Part shown: one piece after another, positions 27,772 through 40,305 of the stretch
Numbering within the stretch: the first letter of the stretch is position 1
Layout of the letters: the number at the start of each line of letters is the position of its first letter
Assembly: GCA_951406725.2 (NCBI GenBank)
Contig: OX597820.1
Coordinates: 56,358,001-56,422,000 of the forward strand
Source: Octopus vulgaris
Taxonomy: Eukaryota
Reading direction: 5' to 3'
Length of the DNA: 64,000 bases
Position numbers and translations under genes: made by a program
Notes under the pieces: model-generated
The model's database searches: none
Told to the model about the DNA's origin: nothing
The model's input: only the letters and a program-made list of their open reading frames with translations

Positions 27772-27901
27772 CGGCCATCGGAAAAACGCTATCAAAAAAA
27801 AAAAAGAGAGAGATTGTGGTGTGGATTTCCACCTCGGCATCCGAAACTGAGTTTTATCTTGGCTATCAAATAATTGTCACATATTACATTTACAGATATA
27901 T

Positions 27902-28386
27902 ATAATGATAATTGATTAAGTGATCAGAAGATAGATTTGGTATTAATCTTTATTTTGTGCAATGATCATTTTGATCCATCCTGCTATTGTACCTTATCGA
28001 TGGGACTCTGTTCAACATGTTGTGTTGCATCCATTTTGCAACCTGGGTCATATCAGGTACAACCGTACATAAATTGGTGCTTTGATAAAGACCCTGAGAT
28101 AGGGCAATCATGTTGTTTTATGCCCATCGATTTAAGGAATGAAGCATTGTTACAATTTTCATTGCTTTTAACTTTCCAAAACAAAAATGGTAAATGGATC
28201 TTTTAGCAAGCCACCACTTTATGTATGGATGTACCTGATGTGACCCAGACTGCAAAATGGGTGTAACACATGTTGAAGAGAGTCCCACCCATAAGGGACA
28301 GTAGCAGGATGGGTCAAAACGGTCGTTGTACAAAATAAAGATTAATACCGTATTCATTTTCTGCTTACTTTATCAATTATCATTAT
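27902..28386. mobile_element. Fold-back/MITE-like element with ~190-bp imperfect inverted arms
   Basis: 27902-28091 is the reverse complement of 28199-28386 (e.g. ggtattaatctttattttgt / acaaaataaagattaatacc). Confidence 0.75.
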
Positions 28387-28601
28387 CTCAACAAACACTG
28401 CAAAGTTCCTGAAGTAGATCCAATGAAAATATACCCCAACAGCGGATGGCACCAGGTTATTCCAAACCGTGCCCATTCTCTGCTTAGCACTTCAACACAC
28501 TAATCAACATATACCTGTTAGTCCAAAATATTACAAACACACATACATCATCATCATCGTTTATCCGTTCTCCATGCTATGGGTTGGACGGTTCGATATA
28601 T

Positions 28602-28659
<58 letters not shown>

Positions 28660-28689
28660 TGATGATGATGATGATATATAGTATATTTA

Positions 28690-28737
<48 letters not shown>

Positions 28738-29078
28738 GGCAAGGAAAAATTATAAAAAGGCAGAATGCTAAATTTAAGGAAATTTTTTATGAAAATGGGT
28801 GTATGGAAAAATTAGAAAAATTAATAAAATATATGTTTTGACATCCACTTAACAGACATCCTTAATTAAATTAAACAGCACATGGATCTCAATCCTCCAA
28901 GGTAATTTTTTCAAGAACTAGCATTAAACTCGAGATACACAAAGACTTTACAATGTATCGGTGGACCTATTTTCTAATTTTTGTATATGTTTATTATTAT
29001 TATTTTTTTGCAAAAGACAATGTAATTTTCTTTTTTCCCCCTCGTCAAACATAAAAATTTTTTTTATTTTCACCTTAC

Positions 29079-29120
29079 AATTCTTGAAAAGTCACATTGT
29101 GACGAAAACCAGTTTGAATT
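29079..29120 (+). ncRNA. Minimal type-I hammerhead ribozyme, U3-A8 core variant
   Basis: aattc-TTGAAAA-gtcac-att-gtgac-GAAA-accagt-TT-gaatt: perfect 5-bp stems I and II, near-palindromic short stem III. Confidence 0.65.
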
Positions 29121-29319
29121 AATATATATATATTTTATTAATTTTTCAAATTTTTCCATACACCCATTTTCATAAAAATTTTCCTTAAATTTAGCATTCG
29201 GCCTTTTTATAATTTTTCCTTGCCTATCATTTCTCCATTAAGCTAATGCATTCCTTGTGCACATCCTCTTGTCCGTTCATTCTATCATTCATTTATTTGA
29301 ATTGACTATATATATATAT

Positions 29320-29365
<46 letters not shown>

Positions 29366-29853
29366 TATGTATATTTATGTGTGTTTTTATGTTTGTGTCT
29401 ATCCTTCCATCATTTGACAACCAGTGTTGGTTTGTTTGCATCCCTATAATTTAGCAGTTCTGCAAAAAGTGCCAGACCTAAATAACAAAAAAACAAAAAA
29501 AAGTATTAATACTGGGCTCGATTTATTTTCGACAAAAAACTTTTTGAGTTGATGCCCTAGACTGGTCACCACCCAATGACTGAAACATGTAAAATATAAA
29601 GAAACAATGTTTGTAATCAAAATCAAAGTAAAATTACTTCGTAACTACTTGCCGAATGTATCTCTCATTAGTGACAGACGAACTCTGTTCATTATAAAAC
29701 AGAGAAAATATTGTTTCTTATATTTTCTTTTGTTAACAATATTATCAGTTGTTGTCTGGTGAAGTACATTGTATTGACATATAACATCAGTTTCATTGAT
29801 CTGCCTACTATCTTGTTAACTAAATATGTTCTTATTTATTTAAATGTTTATAG

Positions 29854-29965
29854 ATTCTACAACCAAGCCATACATTATTTAAGGGAATATCGATTCGATG
29901 GAATTGATCTTGACTGGGAATTTCCTAGGGCTAATGAGAAAGAGAAGTATTCAAGATTTCTAAAA
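29854..29965 (+). CDS. GH18 chitinase-family gene, catalytic exon
   Basis: tag| acceptor, |gtaag donor, phase compatible; YLREYRFDGIDLDWEFP contains DxxDxDxE. Confidence 0.95.
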
Positions 29966-30707
29966 GTAAGAACTTTTAATTTTAAAATATCTTTGTGTAC
30001 CTCCCCTATTGATGTCTTGCTATTATTATATATAACATATATTCACAGTGAATGGAGATAATTTCCTGATAAAAAAAATATATATTTGATATAAGTCACT
30101 TGAAATGAATTGATAAGCCCACATATAACATCCAAAGGTACATCTTTTTCCCTCTGATGAAATTATACTCATGTCACATAGATGTAAATTTAACGTACAA
30201 ATTTGTGATTAGATTATTGAGTATTAACTCAAGCAGCTCTAAGAAGTGAAGACGACCAATCTGTTGTTAATAATAAACAATTATTAAGGCTGGCAGAAAC
30301 ATTAGCACTCAGACAAAATGCTTAGCAGTATGTTGTCTGTCTTTATGTTCTGAGTTCAAATTCTGCTGAGGTTGACTTTGCCTTTCATCCTTTTAGGGTT
30401 GATAAATTAAGTACCAGTTGTGTACTGGGGTTGATCAACCCCAGTATTATTATTATTTTTTAAGGAGACAAGCTGGCAGAAATGTTAGCATGCCAGACAA
30501 AATGCTTAGTGGCATTTCATGTCTTTACGTTCTGAGTTCATATTGCACTGAAGTCCACTTTGCCTTTCATCCTTTCAGGGCTGAAGAATTAAGTACCAGT
30601 GAAATACTAGGGTCGATGTAATTGACTAGTCCCTTCCTCACAAATTTCAGGTCTTTTGCCTTTAGTAGAAAGGATTATTATTATTAAATAGGGCACAGAG
30701 AGAGAGA

Positions 30708-30755
<48 letters not shown>

Positions 30756-30798
30756 AAGAGAGAGAGAGATATACTCATAGACATCCCTAAATTAAATA

Positions 30799-31848
30799 CA
30801 GTAATACCTCGATATATGAGTTAATTTGTTCCCAGTGGCTGCTCGTAAAGCGAAACTCAAAGTTGAGCAATAATTTTGCATAGCAATGTTATAAACTGCA
30901 ATTTGTTCCCAGAAAAATATTTTACCTACAAAATTTATAATACTCATAAATAAAGGACAATATTTTATGCAATGTAAATGAATGTCAAGATCATTTATGA
31001 TAAAAAATATTATTATTATTATCATTTTCTGAATCACTTTAACCTGCACTAGACTTGTGCACACTTGTAGACGCGATCGCTGATTCACAAGCACTCATAG
31101 ATGGACTTACAGATTTCTTTTTAAAAATCAGGTCTAAAGTTGTTGGATCTTTACCTTTTGACCGACAGATTTAAAAAATAATTTTTTGTAACTAAACACT
31201 TTCAAACTTCGTATACTGGTAGAATGTGTCACATAAAACATCTTTTACTCTTGGTGTTGTTGATAAAATTCTGTACTTTGGAAGTTATTTCTTGTTAAAG
31301 TTGTATTTCGGTAATTTCAACCAATCAATGACATGTATTCAGCTAAATAAAATTACTGCTGTTGTTTGTCAACAACAACTTCCAGTACTGTATATTTCAT
31401 TTGCCATTGTTATTTATGACATCATTCGTGCGTTTGTACTGGTTTTAGTTGTTGTTGACAAACAATGGTAGTAATCTTATTCAGCTGAATACATGTCATT
31501 GATTTGTTGAAATTACTGAAATATGACAACTTTAACAAGAAATAACTTCCAAAATACAGAATTTTCTCAAAAATGCTAAGAGTAAAAGATGTTTTATATG
31601 ACACATTCTACAAGTATATGAAGTTTGAAAGCGTTTAGTTACGAAAAATTATTTTTTAGATCTATCAGTCAAAAGGTAAAGATCCGAGTTGTTTGCTTAG
31701 AAGAATTCCTTGGTAAAACGCTGAAACATTTGTTATGGTAGTAGACACTTCTGCACTTTGTTCAAAATTTGGATCTTGTGCTTGAAAAATAAAAGTTGTA
31801 AACCTGGGGTGTCATAAAGCGGGTCCTCGTACAGTGAGGTATTACTGT
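30799..31848. mobile_element. Tigger/pogo-like MITE containing a nested palindromic MITE
   Basis: TIRs cagtaatacctc / gaggttattactg with TA on the left. Confidence 0.65.
31144..31686. mobile_element. Palindromic MITE with ~235-bp arms
   Basis: Termini Yggatctttacctttt / aaaaggtaaagatccg; long inverted arms; apparent 6-bp duplication agttgt. Confidence 0.8.
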
Positions 31849-32052
31849 CGATACCCCTCGTTATGCCATTTCATCTGCAATGGACACTCATTAGTACAAT
31901 TCTGAAACAGGTTAAATCTTGTGTGTATGTGTGTGTATTTGCATGTGTGTGTATATGCATGTGTGTTTATATGTATATCTATGTGTGGATGTACATATGT
32001 ATAAGACACTTTCACAGTTTGTCACATTCTAACTCTCTATATTTTTCACCAG

Positions 32053-32174
32053 GGGTTCCGTGATGCTATAATAAACCATTCCCAAAATTCTTTAAGACCT
32101 CAACTGTTACTGACAGCAGCTTTACCAAATAATGTACGAAAACTACAAAACTATGATATTGATACTCTCAATAG
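32053..32174 (+). CDS. GH18 chitinase-family gene, exon (not in the ORF track)
   Basis: cag| acceptor, |gtaagg donor; GFRDAIINHSQNSLRPQLLLTAALPNNVRKLQNYDIDTLN; phases 0 and 2 match both neighbours. Confidence 0.9.
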
Positions 32175-33288
32175 GTAAGGACGTGTGTTTAATTCATTCT
32201 TTACTTCAAACAGTCTCCAAGATACTTGCACACATGGATCCTCATAATTGTTTTAACATCCAGTTTTTCATGCTTGTATGGGTTAGACACAAGGGTTTTT
32301 GCAGTTTGAGGCTCTTCTTGTTGCCAATCCTCATCTGTTTCCCAGCTAATGGCACTGATTAATCAGCATATACATCTCATCTTATATCAAATTTGATGGA
32401 GATTTTAATATATATATATACACACATACACACTTATACATAGGCACAGGAGTGGATCTGTGGTAGGTAGCTTGCTTACCAACCACATGGTTCTGGGTTC
32501 ACTCCCACTGTGTGGCACCTTGGGCAAGTGAATTTGCTAGACGGAAACTGAAAGAAGCCCATCGTATACATGTATGTGTATTTTGTTTATCTTGCTTATG
32601 CCATCTTTCCATGTAAGTGTCTTACATCCATATCTTTGCACACACTCCTACCATACTTTCCCCATTCCTCTTGCCTTGCCTTTTATGTTGCCTTTGCGTC
32701 TGCTCCTACCTCCTCACTTTTACATTTTCTCCCTCACTCTCACACACAGTGATCATCTTTCAGTTTTTATCTACTGAATCCACTCACAAGGCTTTGGTTG
32801 ACCCAGGGCTATAGCAGAAGACACTTGCCCAAAGTGCCACACAATAGCACTGAACATGAAACAGTGTTAACCTTCTCTAATAGCCACTTTGTTATATTTT
32901 ATCCCATATACCAGTATATTTGTTCAACTTTTCAGAATCATAAATATCTATCAATGAATGATATGCTCTGTTAATTTTTTTTTAAAGTGGTAGAATGTGA
33001 TTTGTGATATTTAGGTCTATCTTATACAAAGTAACAAAATACCTAGAATAACTACAGCTGAAAACTATAGATATTTTTACAAGTATGAACAGGTAGAGTC
33101 ACTGACATTTACAAAATGCTTAGGAGTATTTGTTTTAGTTCTTTGCGATCTAAGTTCAAATTCTGCTGAGTTCAACTTTACTTTTCACCCTTCCATGGTC
33201 AGTAAAATAAACTACCTTTTGAGAACTGGGGTCAGTATGATTGACTTACCCCTCCCCTAAAATTTCTGGTCTTTTGCCAAAATTTGAA

Positions 33289-33349
<61 letters not shown>

Positions 33350-33353
33350 CACA

Positions 33354-33442
<89 letters not shown>

Positions 33443-34364
33443 CGGAACTTTATTGGTTACGATGACGAGGGTTCCAGTTGATCTAATCAACGGAACTTAT
33501 GAAATTAACATGAACTTAACATGGATGTGACAGAGCACTCCGCTGACACATGTACCTTTAATGTAGTTCTCAGGAGGATTCAGCATGACGCAGAATGTGG
33601 CAAGGTTGGCCCTTTGAAATACAGGTACTAATCACTTTTGCCTGCTGAGTGGAGTGGAGCAAAGTGAAATAAAGTGTCTTGCTCCAGGACACAATGTGTT
33701 GTTGGGAATTGAACTCATGACCTTAAAATCTGGAGCTGAATACCCCAATCCCTAAGCCATACACCATCACTCACACACACACAGAACCAATGTCATGATT
33801 AATGAAAGTGAAACCGGTCGACAAACATAGTATAAAATATATTAAAAAATATATTAAAACTATGTAAATTGTGTGCATTTTCTCTCTTTAATTTTATATA
33901 TGTGTGTGTGTGTGTGTGTGTGTAAAGTCTAAGATTTCATAAGTCAGAAAAAATATGAATTTGTATATTTATCAACAGAGTGATTATATTAATCAAAGTA
34001 TATATCGTTATAGATCAATTTCGGCCGATCTTACCAACCAGTTTCGCACAGGGTATTGGATAATTGTATATTAGATAATAAGACAGTTAACTAATGCTAA
34101 TATCCAGTGATCTATACCCAATGTGACATTGATTGGTAAGATCAGTTTAAATGGCTCTATAATACTCTGATTAATATGTAGGTGTGTGTGTTTGTGTTTG
34201 TCCACCAGCAACTTCTCATGATTGATGTTGGTTTGTTTACATCCTCAGAATCTAGCAGTTTGGCAAAAGAGACTGATAGAATAAGTATCGAACTTAAAAA
34301 TATGTACTGGGGGCAATTTGTTGAACAGCTCCTCTTCCTTGACTGATCCATGACTGGTGGTGTT

Positions 34365-34720
34365 TAATGTTATGGTAAATGATCCACTTCTCATCACCTG
34401 TAACAAGCCTTCCTAAAAATGGTTTTCAAGGTGTCGTGAAAGCAATGACTGACAACAAACAACATGCTATTGCAGATTCTCTGGAGACAGTTCGTGCAAG
34501 ACTCATTTTCCAACCACTGAAACCTTTCTGATCCTTTTCAGTAGGTGTAGAACAGTTGTATGGGCTACGTTAAACTATTTTGCAAGTTCTCTTCAAGTAG
34601 TGATTGGATTTTCTGTGACAACAGCTTCCAACTCTTTGGATGTTTTGAATGACCTTCTTTTGGCTCATCTTTCAAACTCAGATCCCCACTTCTGAAGCGA
34701 GAAAACTTCTTCTATGTCAT
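34365..34720 (-). mobile_element. Degenerate mariner transposase N-terminal remnant
   Basis: Minus-strand peptides FSRFRSGDLSLKDEP, ENPITT*RELA, HELSPEN..VCCQSLLSR. Confidence 0.6.
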
Positions 34721-35710
34721 CCCCATAAACTCTCTGAAGAGATGACTTTGCTGTTGTATTTGCATTGACACCTTTATGAAACTCATAAAATAAAACATAT
34801 CTAATGTGATCTTTAGATGAGACGAACATGGGTGTAAATATAGCAGAAGATTATGGCCAATACAATCAGAATCTGAAAGAAAAATGTATAAATTACTCAA
34901 TGTGACATTCTTAAAACATTGCAAGAGACACAATTTTAAAAAATATCTAAAACTGTTTTCTAAAATATTGGCCATTATCTTAGCCCCAACCTGATATTAG
35001 CCAAAGTTTTACATCCTAAGAATGGGAGTGGCATGTTATTACTTAATGTTACATAAACAAGCCCAATGTATTCTCAATGATTAGTGAATGGATTGACCTC
35101 ATTTCCTTGATCATTATTGTTTAATGTCCACTTTCCATGCTGGCATTGGTTGGATATTTTGATATGCAGCTGGCCAGCCGAGGAGCTGTCCAGACTCCAA
35201 ATATCTGTTGTGGTATGGTTTCTATGGCTGGTTGTCCTTCCTAATGCCAACCACTTTACAGAGTGTGATGGGTCCTTTTTATCTGCACCCAGCACAGGTG
35301 TGTTTACACAGCACTGGCACAAGTGCCCTTTATGTGACACTGGCACCTGTAAAGGACAAGTCTGTATATATAAAGGTGGCAAGCTGGCAGAATCGTTAGC
35401 ATGCCGAGTGAAATGCGTAGCTGTATTTCGTCTGCCTTTACGTTCTGGGTTCAAATTCCGTCAAGGCTGACTTTGCCTTTCATCCTGTCGGGGTTGATAA
35501 ATTAAGTACCAGTTACACACTGGGGTCGATGTACTCAACTTAATCTGTTTGTCTGTCCTTGTTTGTCCCCTCTGTGTTTAGCCCCTTGTGGGTAGTAAAG
35601 AAATTTGTATATATGGATGACAGTGATTCTACTTAGCATTCAGTTATCAAATTATCGCACGATATTATTTTTATGCATGTTTTCTTTTATAACTTCCTTG
35701 TGTTTTGTAG

Positions 35711-35834
35711 CACTTTAGATTTTGCTACAGTGATGGCCTATGACTTCCATATGTTCATCAAAAATGCAGACATCACCACAGGGTTCAATAGTCCTCTTTT
35801 CCCACCGGCAAATGAAAAAAAAATTTACAGCACG
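35711..35834 (+). CDS. GH18 chitinase-family gene, exon
   Basis: tag| acceptor, |gtaagt donor; TLDFATVMAYDFH...TGFNSPLF (MxYD motif). Confidence 0.93.
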
Positions 35835-37657
35835 GTAAGTACTGTAAACATTACTCTTTGTTTGAAAATGTTACCTTTATTAGGCTTAGTGGTTACAGTA
35901 TTCAGTTCATGATCGCAAGGTCGTGAGTTCAATTCCAGGCAGTGTGTTGTGTCCTTGAGCAAGACACTTTATTTTACATTGCTCCAGTCCACTCAGTTGG
36001 TTAAAAACGAGTTGTGCTTGTATTTCAAAGGGCCAGCCTTGCCACATTCTGTTTCACTCTGAATATCCCTGAGAACCATGTAAAGGGTATGTGTATCAGG
36101 GAAGAGCTCAACCACTTGCGCATTAGTTTCATGAGCAGCCTGTTCCATTGATTGGATCAACTAGAAGAATCATTGTCATAACCGAAGGAGTGCTTGTATA
36201 GAGTATATATAGTATATTATTTTCTTCTCTAGGTACGAAGACTGAAATTTTGGGGGAAGGGGCCAGTCAGTTAGATCGACCCCAGTACGCAATTGGTACG
36301 AATGGATGAAAGGCAAAGTCAACTTTGGCAGAATTTGAACTCAGAACATAAAGACAGATGAAATACCGCTAAACATTTTGCCTGGCATGCTAATGTTTCT
36401 GCCAGCTCCCTGCCTTATAAATAGTATATTACAATCTTTTCTACTCTAGGCACTAGGACCAAAATTTTGTCGTGTGGGGACCAGTACACAACTGGTACTT
36501 AATTTGATGACCCTGAAAGGATGAAAGGCAAAGTCGACCTCCACGGAATTTGAACTCAGAACATAAAGACAGACAAAATACCTATTTCTTTACTACCCAC
36601 AAGGGGCTAAACACAGAGAGGACAAACAAGGACAGACAAATGGATTAAGTTGATTATATCAACTCCAGTGGGTAACTGGTACTTATTTAATTGACCCCGA
36701 AAGGATGAAAGGCAAAGTCGACCTTGGCGGAATTTGAACTCAGAATGTAACGGCAGATGAAATACAGCTATGCATTTCGCCTGGCATGCTAACGTTTCTG
36801 CCAGCTCGCTGCCTTGTCTACAGTATATTATAATGATATAGTTGACAGAGTGTGGTAAGCATCTTAGCAGGGGCAGGTAACTCATCTCTTGGTTCCCAGT
36901 TACAGCTATTTCACTTATTCCACCAAGGCTATTATGAGAGGCATTATGACCATAATGATTATTCTTCTACAAGAGCTGATGTCCTGTTGCTGACTACATC
37001 ACATCAACAAAGGTCCATTAATTGATCTCATTTAACACAAGAGGATAAATAAAGATTTTTCTTGTATCTTTTATTATACGATATAAAAAACTCCTGAACT
37101 CCATCTGATTCTCATCTCATCTCAAGGAGATCAATGAAAACTCACTCCATCCTAAGTTCTATCAACAGTGTTAGGCTTCCGTATTTAGTTTTCATTTCTT
37201 CACTCTTCATTCTCAACAATCATAACCTGATTGATTAAAAATCATAACCAGCATACTATGAATGATAAAACCCTGTCATAACTAGTCTTAGAAGTCCTAG
37301 AAATGTCATGGGACATATTTCTACTTCTATTAGTTTCAAACAATTTTTCCTAGATATCAGGCATTTTGGCACTGACTATTTGACATTACTGACTTTATGC
37401 TAACCTATTTGACATCTCTAAGCTTCTCTCATTCTCTTATTCCTCACCTTTTTCTCTCTTTATGTGTGTCAGCATGTAGTTATGTTTGTATCTGTGTAAT
37501 GCCTGTCTGTCTGTCTCTCATTCTCTCTAGCTGTATGTGTATATTTCTGTGTGTGTGTGTTTGCCTCTAGTGCCAAAAAGTACTGTTGCCAAACAGCCAT
37601 GCCAAATCATCAATATCTAAACAGCTGCACCCAATTGTCTCATTCTAATTTTTCCAG

Positions 37658-37843
37658 GTTGGTCTAATGGATTACTACTTGAACACAGGTTTTTCTTCGT
37701 CGAAACTTCTTGTTGGACTCCCAACGTATGGTCGGACATGGAAATTGAAAACAGCTGAAAACCATGGAGTCCATGCCCCTGCCGTCAACAAAGGGGATCC
37801 AGGACCAGTAATCCATAGAAGAGGGGTCTTTACATATCCTGAG
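37658..37843 (+). CDS. GH18 chitinase-family gene, exon
   Basis: ccag| acceptor, |gtatga donor; KLLVGLPTYGRTWKL...GVFTYPE (start of the chitinase insertion domain). Confidence 0.93.
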
Positions 37844-39372
37844 GTATGATATTTTTAGGTTTTTTTTTAATCTAATTTTTTAATTCTTTTCTTTGATATT
37901 TCATTGAGCAAATATCTTTAATCTTTTACCTTTTACTTGTTTCAGTCCTTTGACTGCAGTCATGCTGGGGCATCACCTTGAAGAGCTTTAGTTGAACAAT
38001 TTGACCCTATGACTTTTTTTTGTTTTTATTCTTTGAACCCTAGTACTTATTTTATCGGTCTCTTTTGCTGAACTGCTAATTTACAGGGATGTAAACACAC
38101 CACTACCAGTTGTCAAGTGGTGGTGGTGGTGGTGGGACAAAGACAGGCACAGAAACACATACACACGTTATTATAATTATACATGCATGTACATATATAT
38201 ATATATATATATATACTCTCATCTTAATTAAATAATGACTTTAAAACACCATATATACCCTTGTCACTCTTAGTGATGGTGAATTATTTCTTTGTTGGTT
38301 TTAAATTGTTGCTAGCCACCTTGTTTTGGCGAAGGTAGTTTTTAGCCCTGGAAGCAAACACACAAATGTATGCACACACACACACAAATGTGTTAAACCA
38401 GCAAATCCAAATAAAAGGTGCCAAAATGTCCCCTACCCTGATATCTTGATGTCTTTTGTAAAGATCACTTTATTGCAAGCATTTGGGCCAAGTCTGAGGA
38501 TAACTTTTCTTCCTACCAGTTTTAGAAGCCCTGAGAAAAAAAAAAAAAACGATGGGCATCAGTGCTGCCCTTCCATCCCTGACTAAACAGTAAATTTTTT
38601 TTTAAATAGAAGCTTCATAAACTGTGTTGTTTAAAGCCTTCTTTGCAACGAGCTAGTCTGAGGTTCAGTCCTATGATGTAGCGCTTAAGGCAGGTGTCTT
38701 CTGCTATAGCTCTGGGCTGGTTGATGCCTTGCGAGTGAAGTTGGTTGACGGAAACTGTGTGGAATCTTGTATATATGTGTGTGTCATCATCATTATCATC
38801 ATCGTCGTCGTTTAACATCCACTTTCTATGCTGGCATGGGTCAGACGGTTTGACTGAGGACTGGCAAGCCGGGAGACTGCACCAGTCTGTGTGCATCTTC
38901 ATATTTGTGTTTGTCACCCCACCCCAACTACTGCTTGATAACTAGTGTTGATTTGTTTATGTCCCCTTCACTTAGCAGTTTGGCAAAAGAAACCAATAGA
39001 ATATGTATCAGACATAGAAAAAAAGAAAGTACTGGGTACTGGGGTGGTGGTGATTTGTTTGACTAAATCCTTCAGTGTGGTGCTCCAGCATGACTGAAAC
39101 AAGTAAAAGATAAAACTGAGAAGGAAACAGCAAACTCTGGTTTTGTTCTTTAGCACTCAATATAATCCTAATATTTAGGGCTGCGAACTGGCAGAATTGT
39201 TAGCCTGTTGGGCAAAATACTCTGCCATTTCTTCCATGTTCATGTTGTTTTTCCTTTTATCCCTCAAGACTCGATAAAATAAGTACCAGTTGAGCACGAG
39301 AGTCGAAATTGGTGGCCTTGTGCCAAAATTTGAAATCAGTATTATTCTAGTATTTGTTTCTTTCCTTTTCAG

Positions 39373-39492
39373 GTATGCAGTGCTCTAAAAAATGGTTCTC
39401 ATTATGTTTGGGACTCTGAAGCTGAGGTACCTTACCTCTACAATGATCTCTTATGGTGTAGTTTTGAGGACCCTGAGAGTGCTGCCAACAAG
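39373..39492 (+). CDS. GH18 chitinase-family gene, exon (not in the ORF track)
   Basis: ttcag| acceptor, |gtatgt donor; VCSALKNGSHYVWDSEAEVPYLYNDLLWCSFEDPESAANK. Confidence 0.92.
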
Positions 39493-39802
39493 GTATGTTC
39501 GCATGTTTCATTTTTTTCTGGAATCTCATTCTAGTGTTTACTATTGAAATCGTCATCTTTGCTATTGCCAAAGCAGCTAGGATTTGGTTGCTATTTCTAG
39601 TGGGCTGAGCTACATTATAGAAGCACCCATTGGCTCATCAACTAGAGTATATTTATATGGTGTAAACTGAGAGTGCCACTTAAACAATGATTACTATTTC
39701 GAGTGACTGTTAAACATGATATGACTTACCTATAATCTATTCAGATATCAAAAGCTTTGAATTTTAAGAACTGCTATTGATGTGAAAGATCATAAACCTG
39801 TA

Positions 39803-40305
39803 CCGTAAATCTTCAAGTATAGTCCGCCCTTGAGTATAATACACAGGGTATTTTTAGGGGGGCTGTACTTCTGAAAAACCTAAACCTTGTGTATAATACG
39901 CACCCCTTCTCTAACTTGAGCCGTGTGTAATTAAGCCAACAGCACCTAGTCGAACAAACACAATAATGGTGATGTTCTTAACTGTTATATGGAAATGTAA
40001 ATATGTTTGCAAATTGTTTTTGTTACATGTTATTCTGTGTTCTGAATACTTATATTTTAATAAATGTTGCTTACTGCAAGTTATGGATGGTTCTTTTATG
40101 ACTTCATTGCTTTCAGGCTTAGCTTAAAGTATTTTCGTGCCCGACATCACAAAATGCATCTGAATAAACATTGCCGGACAGCAACTAGAAACTCGGACAT
40201 TGCTTAGAAAATATTTTTCATTTTTAACCTCGTATATAGTATGCACTAGGGATTTTGACCTTTAAATTTTGGGAAAAAGTGCAGATTATACTTGAGGATT
40301 TACGG
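39803..40305. mobile_element. Tigger/pogo-like MITE
   Basis: TIRs ccgtaaatcttcaagtata / tatacttgaggatttacgg with TA on both sides. Confidence 0.8.
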
